Source: Thermoanaerobaculia bacterium (GTDB lineage Bacteria > Acidobacteriota > Thermoanaerobaculia > Multivoradales > Multivoraceae). Taken from it: DNA of 64,000 bases. Shown piece by piece: positions 9,670-19,799 of this stretch (its first letter is position 1; each line of letters opens with the position of its first letter). The notes under the pieces are model-generated. The model ran no database searches. It had not been told where the DNA came from and worked only from the letters and a program-made list of their open reading frames with translations. The position numbers and the translations under genes are program-made. Location: the NCBI GenBank assembly GCA_963664405.1, contig OY761158.1, positions 2,784,001-2,848,000 on the forward strand. The letters are read 5' to 3'.

Positions 9670-10371
9670 CATGTTGCCATGGTCTTCCATCCGGAAAGAT
9701 CGATTGAGAGCGGCAAGCACGTCGGCCGGCTTGGAGAAATCGACTCCTGGCAGGGCTTGCTTGGACAGGAGGTTCAGCACCGCCACCGAGTGCAAGGCTG
9801 GAGCTGTGCCGTGGCCGGAAACATCCACGAGATAGATAGCGAACTTCTCGTCGGTGATCCAGTGATACCCGAAGGCGTCGCCTCCGAGCTTGTCCGAAGG
9901 AATGAAACGCCATTCGGTCGTCACCCTATCGGTCTTCAGAGGAGCTGGCAGCAGAGAGCGAACGTACCTCGAGGCCTTGTCGAGATCGCCGGCTAAGCGC
10001 TCCTCTTCTTCGACTTCGCTCTTATTTCGATACTCGTGTTTGAAGAGCGAGTTGCCGACCTGGACCATCGAGCCCACGGCGACCACCTGTGGCTCCTCGA
10101 CGGACTCTTCGTCGACGAAAGTTCCGTTGCTCGAGCCGAGGTCCTCTACGACGAGTTGTCCGACGATCACGCTCAGGCGGCAATGCCTCCCGGAGGTTGC
10201 CGGGTCTTGGATCAAGATGTCGGCCCCCTCCTTGCGCCCGACCGTGATTGCCGTGGATGGGAGCTCGATCCTCTTGCCGGACATCGGCCCCTCGACAGCA
10301 AGCAGATAGTGTCTACGGTCGCGCGACGAAACAGTCTGACGCTGAGCGACGATGGTCTTGTCGAATTCCAT
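9670..10371 (-). pseudogene. 5' part of FHA-SpoIIE (PP2C) phosphatase
   Basis: FHA (VGR..SGRH..DLGSSNGTFV) plus SpoIIE start (LGGDAFG..DVSGHG); truncated at the IS end. Confidence 0.9.
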
Positions 10372-10469
10372 GGGGCCTTGGCGACGGACGGCTCTAGCAT
10401 TGCCGGTCCGGACCCCGCATCGTATGACGAGTCCTCTCGGGTCGGGGCCTCGAAAGGACGATGTGCCTG

Positions 10470-10664
10470 CTACGCGGCCCCGTCGGTGGCGACTCGGACC
10501 TCGTCCATGAGGGCCTGAAGGTAGTCGCCGTAATCGACGGCCCGGCCGGCCCTACGTTCGGCCCAGGTGCGCGGCCGACGGCCGTGGCGTACGAGGCCTT
10601 CAAGAGTCGTCTGGAGGGAGGTCTTCTCGCGATCGAGGATATTCTGAGCTTGGGATTGGGGCAT
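10470..10664 (-). CDS. Small hypothetical protein
   Basis: 64-aa ORF with CAGGAG RBS, co-oriented with its neighbours. Confidence 0.45.
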   Translation of the reverse strand: MPQSQAQNILDREKTSLQTTLEGLVRHGRRPRTWAERRAGRAVDYGDYLQALMDEVRVATDGAA

Positions 10665-10782
10665 GGAGTCTCTCCTGGAGCTGGCTGTTGAAGCCTTCTT
10701 GGCTGCTTGCTCCTCTAGGTACGGGAAAAGCCGCCTTCGGTTTCGCCTCCGCAGCCACTTCCGCCGCCGAAGAGCTCTGTTG

Positions 10783-11334
10783 TCATCCTAGGCGAACCGG
10801 GACACTGGCACGAGTGGACTCCCACTCGAAGTGGAGCAGAGTCCCCCGGGCCGTCTCGTCGAAACGGATGGTGAACTGCTCGATGTGCTGGCGTGAAGCT
10901 CCTGCGCCGATCTCTACTCTTAGCAGATCTTCTTTTTCCTTGTAGACATTGCCGAAGTGGCCGGTCTGGCGGTTTACGATGAGGGTCCAGCCGTTGGGCT
11001 TGGGAATCGTGTAGAGAGAGTATTCACCTGCTGGCACTCGGGCGTCGCCCAAGAAGAGCTCTCTGTCAGTGACCAGTGTCGTGGCCTCGTTGGCTCCGGT
11101 GCGCCAGACCTTGCCGTAGGGCACTACACCGCCGAAGATCTCCCGATCCCGTGCGTAGGGTCGACTATAAGAAATGACGACCCTAGCCCCGTTCTGTTGA
11201 AGCTCCGCGTTTCCCTGCGGACTGAGCCTGAAATTCGGCTGCCCGATCTGAATTCCGATGTAGAGGCCGCCGCCAAAGAGGACGGAGCCGCCTGCCACCA
11301 GACCGATGATCTGTAAGAGCTTTCGTCTTTCCAT
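10783..11334 (-). CDS. DUF2911 family protein
   Basis: SPQ..YSRP..REIFGGVVPYGKVWRTGANEAT, GEYSLYTIP. Confidence 0.9.
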   Translation of the reverse strand: MERRKLLQIIGLVAGGSVLFGGGLYIGIQIGQPNFRLSPQGNAELQQNGARVVISYSRPYARDREIFGGVVPYGKVWRTGANEATTLVTDRELFLGDARVPAGEYSLYTIPKPNGWTLIVNRQTGHFGNVYKEKEDLLRVEIGAGASRQHIEQFTIRFDETARGTLLHFEWESTRASVPVRLG

Positions 11335-11395
11335 CGACTGATCATACGCTCGAAAGAGAGCTCGGGCTCTCGCACGGCTCCTCAGAACTGCTGAC

Positions 11396-11584
11396 TCATT
11401 CAGATTCTCGAGTGCCCTCGACGTGCACGAGTCCCTCGAAGTCGAAGCGAACGATGAGTACTACCGGGCGACAGCAGACCTGGCAGTCCTCGACGTACTT
11501 CTGGGCTCGTCCGGCGGAGAGGTCGACGGCGACTTCGAGCTCCTCACCGCACCAGGGGCAATCAAAAATGCCTCGGTTGTCCAT
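11396..11584 (-). CDS. CPXCG-motif cysteine-rich small protein
   Basis: CPWCGE..VDLSAG..YVEDCQVCCRP. Confidence 0.9.
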   Translation of the reverse strand: MDNRGIFDCPWCGEELEVAVDLSAGRAQKYVEDCQVCCRPVVLIVRFDFEGLVHVEGTRESE

Positions 11585-11595
11585 TCCTTCCTCTT

Positions 11596-13808
11596 TCACC
11601 GTGCCGGCTGGAGCTCAGCAAGGGCCTCATACTCTTTTGCCTTCGATTCTTTGTCCCAGGCGCGATAGAGAGCGATGATTCGCGCCAGCGAGTCTCGCGC
11701 GGCTGCCGAGCTTGCGCCGCGCTCTTCCTTGATCTTCGGGTACGCCTCGACCAGGAGAGGTTCCGCTTCGTCGAAGTCTCCGGTTGCCGTCAGACTCTGG
11801 CCGAGAACGCTCATAGCCACTGCGACTCTCCAGTGATCCGCGGTAGCCCCGCGGCGAGGATTCGGCTCGCCTCCCTTGCATGAGACTGTGCCTCGCAGCC
11901 TCGTCCAGCGCGAGCAGGCTACGCGCGAGGTTGTAGAGGACGAGGCCGACGACCACATGGTCCGGGCCCACGGTGCGCTGGTTCATCGCCAGGGTCTCTC
12001 GGAAGAGGACTTCGGCCTCACCGTGCTTGCCGCTGCTAGCGAGGACCGAGGCCAGATTGTGAAGGCTCCTGGCCAGGGACGGGTGCTCTCCGCTGAAAAC
12101 CTCGCGATATAGAGGAATGAGCTCCCGGAACACCGCTTCGGCTCCCTCCAGGTCGCCCCCCGCGAGGAGAACGCTGCCCAGACTGTTGAGGCTGTTTGCG
12201 GTCTCGGGGTGCTGGTCACCGAGCTTGTGACGCCGGGTCTCGAGGGCGCTGCGTAGCAGCGGCTCCGCGGCCGCGGAGTCTCCTCGTGACTGCAGAGTCA
12301 ACGCCAAGGAGCTTTGAGATGCCGCGACCAGGAGATTGTCCGCGCCGAGCAGATCGAGGCGCATGCGTAGAACCTCGCGATATAGGCCTTCGGCGGTTTC
12401 GTTGTCACCCTTGTTGCTAGCCGCGGTCGCGAGGCCGGCGATCGCTTCGGCGACATCCAGGTGCTCGTTCCCCAAGAGCTTTCGGCGCATCTCCAGCGCT
12501 TCACGGAAGAGCGACTCGGCGATGTCGAACTCGCCACGGTCGGTGTGCACCCAGGCGAGCTCGTAAAGGATGTCGGCTACCTTCGGGTGCTCCGCCCCCG
12601 CGAGCTCGCGCTGCATTCGTAGAGCGTTGCGGTCAAGTTCTTCCGCCTCGTCGAGATCATTGGTCAACCGCAGCAGTCGCCCGAGATGGGAGAGGCTCGC
12701 CGCTGTGTCCTGGTGGTCTGCGCTTAGGGTGTCAGTGCGTAACTCGAGACCTTGGCGTAAGAGAGGCTCTGCCTCCTCGTAACGGCCTAGCTTCAGATAG
12801 GTCAGGCCTATGGTGTCTTCGACGGCCGCGCGAATCTCTGGTTGATCGGGAAACGAGCCTTCGATCTTTCCGACGGCTTCTTCCAGGGCCTCGAGCACCG
12901 TGACTTCCCGTCCCAGGCTTTGATAGGGGTCCGGTGAGCCGAGGACTTCTTGAAGAAAGTCGTTGATGGCCGTTGCCTTCGCGGCCTCGGCCTCGGCAAC
13001 TCTCTCGGCGCTGCGGGCGCGGAGGAGGCCGACTGTCGTGCCACCGATCGCGACAAGGGTGGCGATTGCGACCAGGCCGGCGCCGGCTACCGCCACCCGG
13101 TGTCTCTTGATGAACTTCTGTATGCGGTAGGTGGTGCTCGGCGGCCCCGCAAGAACTGGCTCATCGCGAAGGTGTCGGACGACATCCGCCGCCAGCTCGT
13201 CGGGAGAGCCGTAGCGTCGACGTCGATCCTTCTCGAGCGCCTTCATCGTGATCCAGTCGAGGTCACCTCGAAGCTGACGTCGCAGCGTCGAGGGCTCGGT
13301 TCGGCGTTTGCGGGCCGACTCCGCTGAGGAGTCGCCATCAGACGCTCTGTGTCGCAGAAATCGTTGATGGGGATGCCGGGGACATACTCCATAACAAAAT
13401 AGGGCCGGCCTTCGGGCGTTGCTCCGCCATCGAAGACTCTGGCGATCGCGGGGTGGTCCATCAGGGCCAGAGCTTGGCGCTCCGCCTCGAAGCGCGCCAC
13501 GACCTCCCGGGTATCCATGCCCCACTTCACGAACTTGATCGCACCTGGCGTCGGACCGGCTCGCGCTGCTCGGCTCGATATACGGTGCCCATGCCGCCCT
13601 CGCCAATGGCCTCGAGCAGCCGATAACGACCCATATCCCGCGGCGGCCCGTCGGTGGGGTCTGTCGCTTGATCTGGCTCTGCGAACTGGGTCGCCTCGGT
13701 GGCCGGACTCTCGCCGAGTCGGAGCGAGCAGACCGGACAGACCTTCAACCCTGAGGCAAAGAGGTGCAGCTCAGCGTCGCACTCGGAACAGCGCTCCTCT
13801 TCGGACAT
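11596..13808 (-). pseudogene. Ser/Thr protein kinase-TM-TPR gene, frameshifted and with the kinase core deleted
   Basis: Pieces in different frames: [33 protein letters not shown], then a jump to [16 protein letters not shown] and TPR repeats; HRD/DFG segments absent. Confidence 0.85.
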
Positions 13809-13825
13809 CGGGATCTTCTCCGACT

Positions 13826-14113
13826 CTACCAGGGGAGAAGGTCGGCAAGCGCCCAGAGCAGAAGCAGGCCGGCTAGTAGGTAGGTCGCTGCGTCTGCGGC
13901 AACCAGAGAGTTGGGTACGAGTCGAATGTCACCGGCCCGCGAGATCCGCGCGATCCAGCCCGCAAGGCTTGCTTTTGTGCCTAGGACTCCAAGGGCGAAC
14001 CAGAAGAGCACAGGTGGGTCCGGCCTCCACAGAAGGAGAAAAGCACCGAACGCCACCAGAATGCCGGTCATGGGCGAAAGCATACCGCTGTCCGGCCTCG
14101 GCTCCCCCTCCAT
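13826..14113 (-). CDS. Small membrane protein
   Basis: 95 aa, three hydrophobic segments. Confidence 0.55.
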   Translation of the reverse strand: MEGEPRPDSGMLSPMTGILVAFGAFLLLWRPDPPVLFWFALGVLGTKASLAGWIARISRAGDIRLVPNSLVAADAATYLLAGLLLLWALADLLPW

Positions 14114-14135
14114 CCGGGCTAGAATGGGATGCCCT

Positions 14136-15977
14136 ATGCGGTCTCGCTCGCCATTGCTAGTTGTGTGTAAGGCTCGCCTTCATGCGCCTCTGTTGGCGTT
14201 GAGCGTCGGCTGCAGCGGCGTCGCCTCGGCGCCTGCTTCCACCGAGATCGCGGCTGAGTCTCGAGTCGCCCCGGAGCCGAGAAGCCTGGCGGAGCCGATT
14301 CCCGAGCCGGTCTTCCGCGGTGCCGAGCAGGACCCGGTATTCGACAGCGCCCCAGAGCCTGCGGAGCTGCCCGATTCTGTCGAGCCCGAGGTGGCCAACG
14401 AAGTCGGAGAGCCGCCTCTGAAGATCCGCGAGGAAGACGAAATCGACAGCGCGACTTTGCTGACAGACTCCCTCGAGGCTGTTGAATCGGCGCAGGTGTT
14501 CTGGGAACAGGGCAGCTTTGATGATGCCTTTGCGGCCTTGGATCATGCTTGGCAGCTGATGGCCGCGGTCCCGGTCAACGGCGAGGCACGGGTTGCGCAG
14601 GAGAAGGAGGATCTACGCCACCTCATCTCGCGTCGGGTGGTGGAGATTTATGCCTCTCGTCGTACGACGGTCGGTGACATCGATCGGTCGATCCCGGTCG
14701 AGGTGAACTCCTATGTCGAGCGGGAGATCAAGAGCTTCCTTGGCGCGGAGCGTGAGTTCTTCTTGGAGTCCTTCCGCCGCTCGGGTCTCTATCGGGGCCG
14801 CATGCTCGAGGAGCTCGAGAAGGCGGGACTACCCGAGCAGCTCAGCTGGCTTCCGTTGGTCGAGAGTGGCTTCAAGGTTCGCGCCTATTCGAGCGCCCGT
14901 GCCCTTGGCCTCTGGCAGTTCATCCCTTCTACCGGTTATCGCTTCGGGTTGGAGCGAAGCTCCTGGGTCGATGAGCGCATGGATCCCGAGAAGGCGACTC
15001 TCGCTGCCATTGGCTATCTCACCGAGCTCCACAGCCTCTTCGGAGACTGGCTTACCGCGCTCGCCGGCTACAACTGCGGAGAGCACAATGTGCTGCGGCA
15101 GATCAACCGCCAGCGGGTGAGCTACTTCGATCAATTCTGGGATGTTTACGAGCGACTGCCGCGCGAGACGCGACGTTATGTACCGCGCTTCCTTGCCGTT
15201 GTCGCTATCGTGTCGGATCCGGATCAATACGGTATCGAGCTGCCTCCAGTATTGCCGCCGCTGGCCTTTGAAACCGTCAACGTAGATCGGGCCATTGAGC
15301 TTTCCTCGCTCGATCAGGCTCTGGCGCTCGAAAAGGGGACCCTCGAGCGGCTCAACCCCGAACTTCGCCACAAAGTGACTCCGGGGGCCGCTTACGAATT
15401 CAAGATTCCGCCGGGTTCCCGAGAGGCGCTCGAGAAGGCGGTGGCGGAGCTGCCAAGTTACGCTGGCGGAGCTGGGATCCACCGGGTTCGGCGCGGAGAG
15501 ACTCTGTCTCAGGTCGCGGCCGCGTACCGCACGAGTGTCCACACTCTTGTCGCGATGAACAGTCTCCGCAGTCCGGATCGTATCTGGCCGGGCCAACAGC
15601 TGAGTGTCCCTGGGGCGGGTTCGGCATCGGTATCCTCGTCGGTCAGTAGCAGTCAGACGGGTCCGGCCCGTGAGGTCAGTTACCGAGTACGTCCCGGCGA
15701 CAACCTTTGGGTCCTGGCCAAGCGTCATGGAACCAATGTAGAACGGATCAAGTCGGACAACGGCCTCCAGAGTAATCACTTGAGTGTCGGCCAGAGGCTG
15801 GTGATCCGTAGCGGAGCCCCCAAAGCCAGCGGCGACGGCAACTACACAGTGAGGAGAGGCGACACTCTCGCCAAGATTGCCCAGGCTCACAGCGTCTCCC
15901 TCAATCGTCTGCTGAGCTCGAACGGGCTCTCGCGCAGGACCACGATTTTTCCTGGGCAGCGGCTGGAGATTCCCTGA
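14136..15977 (+). CDS. MltD-like lytic murein transglycosylase with three LysM domains (probable lipoprotein)
   Basis: LPLVESGF..A.GLWQFIPSTG, DERMDP, YNCGE, ETRRYVPRF; LysM repeats; LSVGC lipobox-like. Confidence 0.9.
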   Translation: MRSRSPLLVVCKARLHAPLLALSVGCSGVASAPASTEIAAESRVAPEPRSLAEPIPEPVFRGAEQDPVFDSAPEPAELPDSVEPEVANEVGEPPLKIREEDEIDSATLLTDSLEAVESAQVFWEQGSFDDAFAALDHAWQLMAAVPVNGEARVAQEKEDLRHLISRRVVEIYASRRTTVGDIDRSIPVEVNSYVEREIKSFLGAEREFFLESFRRSGLYRGRMLEELEKAGLPEQLSWLPLVESGFKVRAYSSARALGLWQFIPSTGYRFGLERSSWVDERMDPEKATLAAIGYLTELHSLFGDWLTALAGYNCGEHNVLRQINRQRVSYFDQFWDVYERLPRETRRYVPRFLAVVAIVSDPDQYGIELPPVLPPLAFETVNVDRAIELSSLDQALALEKGTLERLNPELRHKVTPGAAYEFKIPPGSREALEKAVAELPSYAGGAGIHRVRRGETLSQVAAAYRTSVHTLVAMNSLRSPDRIWPGQQLSVPGAGSASVSSSVSSSQTGPAREVSYRVRPGDNLWVLAKRHGTNVERIKSDNGLQSNHLSVGQRLVIRSGAPKASGDGNYTVRRGDTLAKIAQAHSVSLNRLLSSNGLSRRTTIFPGQRLEIP

Positions 15978-16038
15978 CCTACCCCCTAGGGTGAAGACAG
16001 CGACGAGCGGCGTTGCGAAGATGAGCCTCCCACCGAGA

Positions 16039-16204
16039 CTAGACCAGCGTTTCCACAGTTCGCGCACATATCTCGGCCCCTTCTGTCCGCTGGCGGCGTT
16101 TCGCCTCCTCGACATATTGCCCAATATGCCTGCGTCGGCGCGCCTGGCCAGCGAACAGAATGAGCTCGAGCTATTGCACACGAACTTTGGAAACGCTGGT
16201 CTAG
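16039..16204. mobile_element. CTAG-bounded palindromic element, subfamily B copy 1
   Basis: CTAGACCAGCGTTTCC...GGAAACGCTGGTCTAG; 166 bp; 2 differences from the reverse copy at 24100. Confidence 0.9.
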
Positions 16205-16324
16205 CGGTGGCGGAAGGAGTCTGCAATGGTGCCGGAGCTTGTCATCTTCGCTGTTTTGTTCTCGGTCTTGGTGGTTCCCTCGGACCCAAAAAACATTCTT
16301 GCGGGCGGTGTTCAAGGCTGGGCA

Positions 16325-16492
16325 CTAGTGGACGGTAACACTCGAACGTTTAGTGGCTGAGTGAGTCATTCGTGGTCGAGATCAAGGCGCGCTGACGCAG
16401 GCATATCGGGGACTATGTCGAGGAAGCGTAACGCAGAGATCGGCCGCGAGGGCCGCTCAGGCGCTAATCGTTTGGGTGTTACGGCCCACTAG
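16325..16492. mobile_element. CTAG-bounded palindromic element, subfamily C copy 1
   Basis: CTAGTGGACGGTAACAC...GTGTTACGGCCCACTAG; 168 bp; about 6 differences from the reverse copy at 42110. Confidence 0.9.
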
Positions 16493-16505
16493 ACCCTAGG
16501 GCTCG

Positions 16506-18836
16506 CTAGCGCGTGAGCCTGACTTCGTGACGCCCGGGCCCGAGGGCAACGGCGACGAAGGAAGCGTTGACTCTCAGTACGGGCGCCGGATTCCCGTCGA
16601 CGACCGCCCGCCAGTTGTGGTGAAAAAACTCATTGGTTGCCAGAACCGTAGGGGCGCTCGTCTCGGCCTGAAAGAGCAACTCGCCCGGTTTTGCGTCAAC
16701 GAGATCGATCGATGCGCGCAGATCCCCTCGCTGGGAGTCCGGCGGCTCCGGTAGCGCTCCTCCTTGCGTAGACGTCAGAATGCCGTGGCGCCGTAGCTCG
16801 GCACTGCCGGCCAGGTTGAGCTCGGCACTGCCGGCCAGGTTGACCAGCCGCTGGGCCGCTTCTTCGAAGGATTGAACGATCTCCCACGAGGAGAGCGCCC
16901 AGCCTTTGGGAAAGGCATCCGCGGCCTCGAAGAAGTGAAGATTCTCTGGATCGTTCTCGTCGGTCAGAGGGATGCCGCCGGGCATCAGGTGGCCAGGAAG
17001 GATCCACCAACGGATTCCCATCATCTGCGCGATGCCGAGCTCGAGCATGCGGGGGTAGTCGAGAATCATCCAGTAGGGGAGGTTCACCTCGCGCACGAGA
17101 TCGGTGGCCTCGAAGAAGTCGAGGACTTCTCGCGGCATCCAGTGCAAGCTGTAAGAGAGCGCGCAGGGAGTGTCGAGGTAGTAGCACCACTTCTCTCCCA
17201 GAAGTCGGTACTCGCGCTGATGGCGGACTTCTTCGGGGACCCGCTTGAGGATGCTCTCGTCACGGGCGAGAGTGATGCGCGCGTCCTTGACACCCTGGCT
17301 GCACTGGAGGGCACCGGTTTGGTAGCTCTGGTCCGCAAAGCGCCAACTGAAAAGGAGTCCAGCGACAATCAGGGCGGCTGAGCCGAGGTAGGGCCGAGCG
17401 CCGGGCTGCCCGGCGAGAGTGGCCACCGCAAGCACGGCTGCGATGACGAGGATGGCGACCGCTACGTCGATCGTGAGCGTAGCTCGTGAAAGCGCGTGAG
17501 CGAGGAAGAGGAGAAGAGCGTAGACACCTACTGCGACGGCTACCTCAGCACGCCGGCGCCCAGGGGTCGAAGGTCGCAGCGTCCACTCAGCAAGATAACC
17601 TACGCCCAGAAGCAGCCCTCCGATCTCGGCAAGAACGAGCCAAGTTCTTTGTGTCGTGTGAAAGAAGATGGCCGCCGAGGGCGTGACAGCCAGAGGAAGA
17701 AAACTCCACTCCAGACGATCGCCGCGAATCGCGAAGAGATCGAATGGGAGCTCGGGGAGGAAGCTCAGAGCAAGCGAGACGAGAAAGAGTGGACCACCGA
17801 TTCGGCGTAGAGGGCGAAGCTCGTCGGGTGCCGCCCAGACTTCGCCTTCTATGACCTGTCGCCTGCCCCTGCGACCGTTGATCATGACCGCCACCAGGAG
17901 GCTTATGCCTGCGATCGACCATGGAGCCAAGCCTCGGCCAGGTTTGAGGAGATCGGCGAAGGTAAACCAATCGTGGCCACGATAAAGATAGTCGAGAAGG
18001 CGCTCGGGATCTGAGGCCATCTGGCCGAGGAAGGCGGACTCTTCCATGGCGCCGCGACTGCGCAGGTACATCGGCAGCAGCGCGATACTGACGAGGCTGA
18101 GGGAGAGTAGAGGAGGGCCTGCTCTGCGTATCGCCAAGAGTCCCTCGCCGTGCAGGCGCTCGAGAAGGGTGCGCCTCTCGAGCCAGGCGTGGATCGCCAA
18201 CCAGAGACATACCAGTGCGCCTACCCAATAAAGAGCAAACGCCTGCCCCATGCAAATGACGGTCGCCGCGGCGAGAAGGGCCCAGTATGCGTAGCCCCCC
18301 TTGGTGGTTGCCAGGAAGAGGCCGAGAAGGACCAGCGGAAGCATCAGCCGTCCGCGAAGCAGATCGACGTGCCTCCACTCGATAAAGATCGTGTAGAGCC
18401 AGGGGTAGGTGCATGCGACGGCAGCAGCAAGCGCCGTCGGGACCTTGGCACGGGAGAGGAAGAAGAAAAGCGCGGTCATCGAGGCGAGGACATACAGACT
18501 GGTGATTCCCCACTCGAAGCCCATCAACGAGCTCGGCTCTTGGGGGGCGATACGAGCAGCGAGAGCGGGCAGCAGGGGGAAGACGACCGCCGGTCCCCCT
18601 AACGCGAAGGTGGCGGATCCGAAGTGCGTGCTTGGAGTGGGTCTGCCGGCGAATGCCTCGAGTGGATGCTGGTAGGTGTAGGCCTTGGTCGGCAGGAAGT
18701 AATGGCCGATGTCTTCGCAGTAGAGAAAACGGGGATCGGTTAGGCGGAAGTGCAGCAGCCAGGTAACGGCGATGAAGAGACCGAGTATCGCGAGCGTAGC
18801 TCGCCAACCCCAGATCATGGACCGTGCCGACCGCAT
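16506..18836 (-). CDS. YfhO-like polytopic membrane glycosyltransferase (GT-C), possibly C-terminally truncated
   Basis: Many TM helices; N-terminal DI..YFLP; C-terminal W.A.VDG..APVLRVN..FVAVALGPGRHEVRL, but the usual final TM helix is missing. Confidence 0.75.
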   Translation of the reverse strand: MRSARSMIWGWRATLAILGLFIAVTWLLHFRLTDPRFLYCEDIGHYFLPTKAYTYQHPLEAFAGRPTPSTHFGSATFALGGPAVVFPLLPALAARIAPQEPSSLMGFEWGITSLYVLASMTALFFFLSRAKVPTALAAAVACTYPWLYTIFIEWRHVDLLRGRLMLPLVLLGLFLATTKGGYAYWALLAAATVICMGQAFALYWVGALVCLWLAIHAWLERRTLLERLHGEGLLAIRRAGPPLLSLSLVSIALLPMYLRSRGAMEESAFLGQMASDPERLLDYLYRGHDWFTFADLLKPGRGLAPWSIAGISLLVAVMINGRRGRRQVIEGEVWAAPDELRPLRRIGGPLFLVSLALSFLPELPFDLFAIRGDRLEWSFLPLAVTPSAAIFFHTTQRTWLVLAEIGGLLLGVGYLAEWTLRPSTPGRRRAEVAVAVGVYALLLFLAHALSRATLTIDVAVAILVIAAVLAVATLAGQPGARPYLGSAALIVAGLLFSWRFADQSYQTGALQCSQGVKDARITLARDESILKRVPEEVRHQREYRLLGEKWCYYLDTPCALSYSLHWMPREVLDFFEATDLVREVNLPYWMILDYPRMLELGIAQMMGIRWWILPGHLMPGGIPLTDENDPENLHFFEAADAFPKGWALSSWEIVQSFEEAAQRLVNLAGSAELNLAGSAELRRHGILTSTQGGALPEPPDSQRGDLRASIDLVDAKPGELLFQAETSAPTVLATNEFFHHNWRAVVDGNPAPVLRVNASFVAVALGPGRHEVRLTR
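16795..16843. repeat. 24-bp perfect tandem duplication (NLAGSAEL x2)
   Basis: AGCTCGGCACTGCCGGCCAGGTTG repeated directly. Confidence 0.9.
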
Positions 18837-18859
18837 CCGCCACTCACCAGCGACTTATC

Positions 18860-19717
18860 TCAGGTCCTGGGATCCAAAGATACCCGCGCCGGCGCGACAG
18901 GCTGGCCTGGAATGTCGACGTGAGCTCGATAGATAGTGCCTGAGTGATCGGACTCTGCTCCGCGGGAACCGGTCACGATGAAGAGGTCGTGCAGCTCGGC
19001 GCCCCCGAAGCAGACGCTGGTGACCATCGGAAGAGGAACCTCGATGGCGGACCGTTCGTTGCCGTCGGGGGCAAACACTCGCACCTTTCCTCCCCCGGCA
19101 ACGGCGACAAAAACTGCTCCATCCTCTGCCACGGCGAGACCGTCGGGGGCCCCGTCGTCGAAGGTGGCGAAGACACGTCGCTCCGAGACACTTCCGTCTT
19201 CCCGCACGTCGTAGACCCCGACGATTTGGCGCCGAGAATCGGAGTGGTAAAGACGGCTGCCATCGGGTGAGAAGCCGAGTCCGTTGGTGAGAAGAATGCC
19301 CTCCGCGAGAACACGAGTGCTGCCGTCGAGGTCGAGCAAGTGAAGGGCCCCCGATCGCTGCTCGACTCCCGGGTCGAAAGGACTCGCTCCCAGGGAGCCT
19401 ACGTATACGCGGCCAGCGAAGTCCGTAGTCAGGTCGTTGAAGCCGACCCCTCCGCAGGCTTCGCGGTCGAGAAGTATCGCGGTGCCCTCGGTGGCTGGCC
19501 CTTTGTAGGCGACATTGCGGCCGCCGACTACGAGCCCGCCACGGTGGTGGAGCGCCATGCCGCCGATGCCGCGCCTGTGCTCGACTACTTGGGATACCTC
19601 TCCGTCGGCAGCGAGGCAGAAAACTCCGCCGTCGTGCACATCGCTGAAGAGTAGACCCCGCTCTGCGTCCCAGACCGGCCCTTCGATGAGAGTGAATCCG
19701 CTTGCCAGCTCCTTCAT
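18860..19717 (-). CDS. SMP-30/gluconolactonase/LRE family protein
   Basis: EGPVWD, FNDL..D..GRVYVG, NGLGFSPDG, PDGLAV, TSVCFGG. Confidence 0.92.
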   Translation of the reverse strand: MKELASGFTLIEGPVWDAERGLLFSDVHDGGVFCLAADGEVSQVVEHRRGIGGMALHHRGGLVVGGRNVAYKGPATEGTAILLDREACGGVGFNDLTTDFAGRVYVGSLGASPFDPGVEQRSGALHLLDLDGSTRVLAEGILLTNGLGFSPDGSRLYHSDSRRQIVGVYDVREDGSVSERRVFATFDDGAPDGLAVAEDGAVFVAVAGGGKVRVFAPDGNERSAIEVPLPMVTSVCFGGAELHDLFIVTGSRGAESDHSGTIYRAHVDIPGQPVAPARVSLDPRT

Positions 19718-19799
19718 CGTCCCCTCACCTCTCTTGGGATGCGCCGTCCTCGGCGCCATGTTGCGTAGCCGATGGGAGTGATAGCGATCATTCCGTCGC

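Noticed and set aside
9623-9913. 562-aa version of the IS30 transposase and the 377-aa phosphatase ORF
   Set aside because: Both are read-through chimeras across the IS end at 9669/9670.
14829-16226. Long antisense or alternate-frame ORFs (for example 465 aa here, 418 aa at 17587, 5' extension of 55554..57059)
   Set aside because: Shadows of real genes in GC-rich DNA, with no protein motifs.
15990-16324. 6S RNA or other known ncRNA interrupted by the element
   Set aside because: Only fragmentary resemblance; conserved motifs are not in the expected order.
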